This document shows, piece by piece, positions 59,118 through 64,000 of a stretch of 64,000 nt of DNA (positions are counted from its first letter, which is position 1; every line of letters starts with the position of its first letter). The translations under genes were made by a program, and so were the position numbers. The notes under the pieces are model-generated. The model was not told the DNA's origin. It ran no database searches and was given only the letters and a program-made list of their open reading frames with translations. This stretch comes from Paragordius varius (lineage: Eukaryota > Animalia > Nematomorpha): assembly GCA_964247055.1 (NCBI GenBank), contig OZ176054.1, positions 8,308,001 through 8,372,000 on the forward strand, read 5' to 3'.

Positions 59118-61443
59118 ATAAATGGATTTATTTATTCCTTTTTATTGGGGGAATGTTATGCATCTATTGAAAATTGTAAATATCAAGAAAAATATTTAAG
59201 TAGGGGTAGACCAAAATTTATGAAATTATAGTGGCTTTTTAAATCTGTTTTGGACGATATGATTGGGCTAAAACAATTTTATGCGTACTTATATTTACGC
59301 ATTAATATTATAATTAATTTATAGTTACAGTAACAATTGAAATTATACGGAGAAAACATAAAAAATAAAGAGACATTTTTTTTCTAAAAGACAATGATAC
59401 TTTTATTAACCTTAATTTTTCCTATTAAAATAATTTAATTACAATCGTATAATACATAAATTGTTTTTATCAATTTACATCTTTATTTCCTACTTTAAAA
59501 TAATGAGTTATCATTATAAAAATTAAGATTCAAAAGCATGGTTGTTTTTTAGAAAAACATATTTGTCTTTATATTTTACGTTTTGTCCGTTTAATTTCAA
59601 TTACTGTATGTATTGCGCTGCTAAGCTAGAGTGTTTGAAACGTTAAAGGTTAAATGGTTATATTTTGATGGTAAAGTTATGGTTTTAATTTCTCTAACTC
59701 TATCAACCATCATTAAATATATTTATAAACCTTATTACACGGACTATTTATATTTTGAATTTTTTTATAATTTACTTAGCCATATAATTTTTAATATACT
59801 TTATGGCTAAAAAGACAAAACCAAGTTTTATGAATTAGGACTGGCATGATCTCTAAATCCTTTAAAGTATTATTTTACGAGCCTAATTTTTTCTTTTTAT
59901 GGCTTAAAAATTTATCTTATATATTAAACTGATAGATTCCAGTTTTAAAATATAAATTTACAAAATTTATACGATAGGTATTTCTTCATCTACTCATAAA
60001 TAAGAAATTTTTCATGTATTATTTAAAATAATAATTTTAAATGCCTATTTTTTGATATAAAATTAACCTTTTTTTAAATCCGGCACCCCTATAATCATGG
60101 CGTCCGGTGCATCCCTCCCCCCCCCCCCCCATCTAGCTAAGCCGCTGTATTGAAGATCCCCACCTCTATATAACAAATCTAAACTTTTAATGAAATAAGA
60201 AATAATTATCCGTGAGCGGACCCAATCCTTCTACAAAGAAACAATTTATTTTTTTACCAAACTCAACACATATAGAGCTTTTATTAAACAAAAATAATTA
60301 TTGAATTATATTTCCCATAAATTTGTTCATTATATAATTAGCTTAGTTTTCATTAAGTTTCGTTGGATCTGACCGTTGAATGTATAATAAATAAATGTTA
60401 ATTTTTAAAGTAAACATTCAAAAAAATTGAATTCAAATATCACAAATAAATACAATAAATGTATAAAATTTAAATCATAGTTTAGAGCACAGTTTTAAAA
60501 AATTTAACAACGCTATAAATACTGGTATAATATATTATTTTCGTTTTGCTTTTTTTTGTTTTATTATTATTAATTTGTTTACATTCATCATAAGCTTTCA
60601 CTATTTTTTTAACTGGTCAGAAATTAAACCTTAACCTCTATTAAATAACTCCGTATTAATATTATGTGGCTTCAATTTGAATTTATCATAGTTTGTAAAT
60701 TCTATTAAAAACAACTGATAAATTTAATTTGTAATAAAATGCTTGTATATTGATTCAAATTTAAAATAGTTTTAAAGTTAAATTAAATATTATTTTCCGG
60801 AAAAAGGTTTGAGGCGAATATTATTTTAATTTTTGTTAATATCTAAATCTGTGGCTTTTTAAATGTAAGGAAATCTCCCCCAAAAAATTTATTTTGCTAT
60901 AGCTATAATATAACGCATCACATTAACAACTAAATATAATAGTGCCCAACGTTTCGGCTATATTTCTTAGTTGTCCTTATGCATGATATTGATGTTTTAA
61001 CAACAAAAATACATTTTAAATTTGTGTAATCTTAATACCACATAATAATAAAATTGGTAAGCCAAAAAATCATAACCACAACAATTTATTTTACGTTTTG
61101 CCTATTTAGATAACTATTAGCAAGGTGAATACTTAAGTATCTCTATTTTGCCCCAAAACCGTGAGGAAAAATATGAGTGGCACTTAAATGTGTTCTTTCG
61201 TTGTTTTTAATCTCGCTCTGAATATAATTAAAATGAAATAACTTATAGACGTTGCAAGTCATATAAAAAGCAAAAAATTGCATAACGGCGGGATTCTGTT
61301 TCGATGGATCGCTAAAATATTTTTGTTGATAAAATATACTTACATACTAATATAATTTTCTTAAAATAGTAAAAAAAAATTATTTCTGCGAAGGTTATTA
61401 TATTTATTTTTATCAAATATAAAACTGGATAAAAATAAAAGTT

Positions 61444-62631
61444 TTAACGGTGAAGTAAAGCCTTTATATCCCTTCTGTAAGACCTATTGAACAGTATATT
61501 GAAATAAAATGTGCATGACATAAATATGTATTCCATGAGACTGATTATAGCATAAATTATAATCATGTGATAGGGATCAAAGTATTCTTTCAAAAAATCC
61601 ATAAACATTTGAATAATTGATACGGGGAACACTAAAAGCAAGAATTCAACGGTCAAAATATAAAGAGTACAATTTTCACTTTGTGTAACATATTCTGTTC
61701 TACCAAAATTACGTATGGGCACCATATTTTGTTGCGTATTTGTGAAAGAAGAAAATTTCATAACGGATGACGAGGGTTTATTTGAAGGTTGCTTAACTTG
61801 ATCACTAACGAGTCTAATGGCTATGCGATTACGATATGCAATTCCCCGGAAACGAGTCAGGGCAATTATAATGAAAGGAATAATTTTTGTTAGCAGTTCA
61901 CGTAAAATTTGATATGCATACCAAAGGTATTGCATGTTCGTCCCAACACCCGGACTATATATGGAAACAATGTAAAGCGGCTGTTGGATTTTAACTTGTG
62001 AGCTATTATTGTTAATATTTTCTTCCTTGTCGCACATTGTTACTGAACTCACAGTGTTCCATAGATACGTAGGTGCATACCATAAAATTGAATATAATAA
62101 TGTAAATACTAACGCTATTCGAACATTTCTCAACGTTACCAAACGGTGATATTTTACGGCAAACCGAATGGCAATGTACACATTCAGGAAATACAAAAAA
62201 TAAATGAGAAAAGTCCAAGTAAGCAGGGATTTAAAAATCGGGTAATGAATATATGCTATGTAAAATGTCCAATGTCGACCAAACCATAAGTTGGAATGCC
62301 TTAAATCAATAAGGTTAACCGATTCCAACAAAGGTGACATTATCAAAGATAGGATGTTAACAACGTTTATCATGTAAAACCAGAACATTAGGTAAAGATG
62401 GATATTAATACGCTTGTTTGAGTATGATGTGCTTGAATTAGCATTTAAAATATAATTGATTATGTTACGTTTCAAACCATTAGAATTATGAGCGGATAGC
62501 CATATGAAATAAATACCCAATAAATTACCGATTAAACCTAAAATTATTATTGGGCTAGTTAATCCAATGACCCATATGTTTAATTTCTTGTTCTCGGATA
62601 TTTCTTCGATAGAATAACATTTATCATTCAT
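61444..62631 (-). CDS. Intronless rhodopsin-class 7TM GPCR, FMRFamide/peptide-receptor-like but atypical, 395 aa
   Basis: Seven hydrophobic segments; TM1 GLIGN, YIAIRFAVKY after TM3, TM5 YQILRELLTKIIPF, TM6 FLLLVFP, helix 8 FNRSYRRDI. Confidence 0.85.
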   Translation of the reverse strand: MNDKCYSIEEISENKKLNIWVIGLTSPIIILGLIGNLLGIYFIWLSAHNSNGLKRNIINYILNANSSTSYSNKRINIHLYLMFWFYMINVVNILSLIMSPLLESVNLIDLRHSNLWFGRHWTFYIAYIHYPIFKSLLTWTFLIYFLYFLNVYIAIRFAVKYHRLVTLRNVRIALVFTLLYSILWYAPTYLWNTVSSVTMCDKEENINNNSSQVKIQQPLYIVSIYSPGVGTNMQYLWYAYQILRELLTKIIPFIIIALTRFRGIAYRNRIAIRLVSDQVKQPSNKPSSSVMKFSSFTNTQQNMVPIRNFGRTEYVTQSENCTLYILTVEFLLLVFPVSIIQMFMDFLKEYFDPYHMIIIYAIISLMEYIFMSCTFYFNILFNRSYRRDIKALLHR

Positions 62632-62922
62632 TAGAATATTTTAACTAACTCATCACTCTTCTAATGCTTCATTTTTCTAATTATAAGCTATATAGATAAT
62701 CCTATGTCATGCAGCCTATAATTAAAAACAAACGGAATTCCATATCTCCTACACGCAAGGTTGGGTGAAAATCCTTTATCTTACAATAATAAAAAAATCA
62801 ACTATATTTATAATTAGCTATCCCACATATACAATTAATATGTCTATATTTATCATCCATAAACATATAAAGGTATAATAATGATTTTTTTTAATTTGTG
62901 TCTAAAATAAAATTAATTAAAA

Positions 62923-64000
62923 TCAATAAATAGGGTTATGAGGATGCATCAATATTTGACGTATTTCCTGTCGATAATAGGAGTTGAATATAAAGTTTAT
63001 GTAAAAGGTAGAACTTATATACACAAATTCCATAATGTTAAATATACAATAAATGAACAGTAAATTCTTGAGATCATGATATGGCACCAAAAAATCCATA
63101 ATCATTTGTATAACTGACACTGGCATCATGAGAACCACAAATTCGATTGTTAAAATAACCAAGGTTATTTGTTGACTCCGTGTAATTTTTGTAATTTTTT
63201 TGACACGTCGAAACGACGATGGTTGTAATAAATGCTTTGTTGGTTCATTGCGGTTTGGACTGATTTGTAGGATATTTTTACTATTTCTTCCACCGCCTTC
63301 TTCAATAACTTTTTCACTCATGATACCTGACGTACTCATTCCACTTTCTAGATTTGGAGTGGTGTTGGTACCGATCGGAGGAGTATGATTGGGGTTATTA
63401 GGGAATATTTTAGTGCTTAATTTACTTCTCATAATTATGGTTAATGTTTTGGATATCATAATAATAGTGAAGGGTAATATCTTTGTAAATAATTCACGTA
63501 ATATTTGATAAGCTATCCAAAGTCGTTTGGTAACATCTTTACCAGGCGAGAATATAAAATATCTGTAGTACGTAGGGGCATTTTCCTCCCTTGAAATTAG
63601 AAGAGACTTTGCTGTATTTTGTTTGGATGGGGTTATCATACACTGTTTAAAACTCACCATGTATCTCCATTTGATGGTTGGCATGTACCAAACAAATGAA
63701 TATAACAAAGTTATAAACATAGCTAAGCGTACATGAGGCAAAGTTAACCATTTCTTATATTTGAATGGGTATTTAACAGCAATCAATTGACTTGTAAAGT
63801 ATAGCACGTAGACGAGAAAGCCCCAAATCACGAATGGTTTAAAGATGGGATTATATACATGGGTATTGAAAAAGACCCAATTACGACTATACCATAGATT
63901 AACATGCCTTAAATCTTGGCCCCCAAAATATTCCATGAGTGGACTCAAAATGAGCGAACATGTATTAAATAAATTTATCAGGTAAAACCATTTCAAAAAG
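62923..64000 (-). CDS. Tandem paralogous 7TM GPCR, 5' end beyond the window
   Basis: TM2-TM7 colinear with 61444-62631 (YQILRELFTKILPF, EFVVLMMPVS, TFYINFIFNSYYRQEI). Confidence 0.85.
   Translation of the reverse strand, partial: FLKWFYLINLFNTCSLILSPLMEYFGGQDLRHVNLWYSRNWVFFNTHVYNPIFKPFVIWGFLVYVLYFTSQLIAVKYPFKYKKWLTLPHVRLAMFITLLYSFVWYMPTIKWRYMVSFKQCMITPSKQNTAKSLLISREENAPTYYRYFIFSPGKDVTKRLWIAYQILRELFTKILPFTIIMISKTLTIIMRSKLSTKIFPNNPNHTPPIGTNTTPNLESGMSTSGIMSEKVIEEGGGRNSKNILQISPNRNEPTKHLLQPSSFRRVKKITKITRSQQITLVILTIEFVVLMMPVSVIQMIMDFLVPYHDLKNLLFIYCIFNIMEFVYISSTFYINFIFNSYYRQEIRQILMHPHNPIY

Noticed and set aside
60080-60147. hAT-like terminus (reverse complement CAGCGGCTTAGCTAG...)
   Set aside because: No partner TIR or TSD found in the window.

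Overview
Very AT-rich nuclear DNA of an invertebrate animal, standard genetic code; the species cannot be determined from sequence alone. Genes reconstructed by hand: SIRT4-type sirtuin (C-terminus not found), an LRR-LRRCT-TM receptor, an 8-exon tetraspanin, C1D, a Lys-rich orphan, a 15-exon SF3A1, an intronless INTS2, TIMMDC1, TOM22, a myosin-I IQ+TH1 tail with no motor domain in the window, and two tandem atypical 7TM GPCRs. These are interleaved with LINEs (one nested, one twin-primed RTE), a near-intact Buster-type hAT, degenerate Tip100-type hATs, a Helitron family, a tRNA-derived SINE and a MITE. The main signal is a class of ultra-short GT-AG introns of 21-26 nt. Ten are required to restore conserved proteins in four genes. 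They coexist with 58-nt to multi-kb TE-laden introns, with none seen between 27 and 57 nt, and they occur in the three tightly spaced head-to-head gene pairs. All homology calls come from motif recognition, not database searches.
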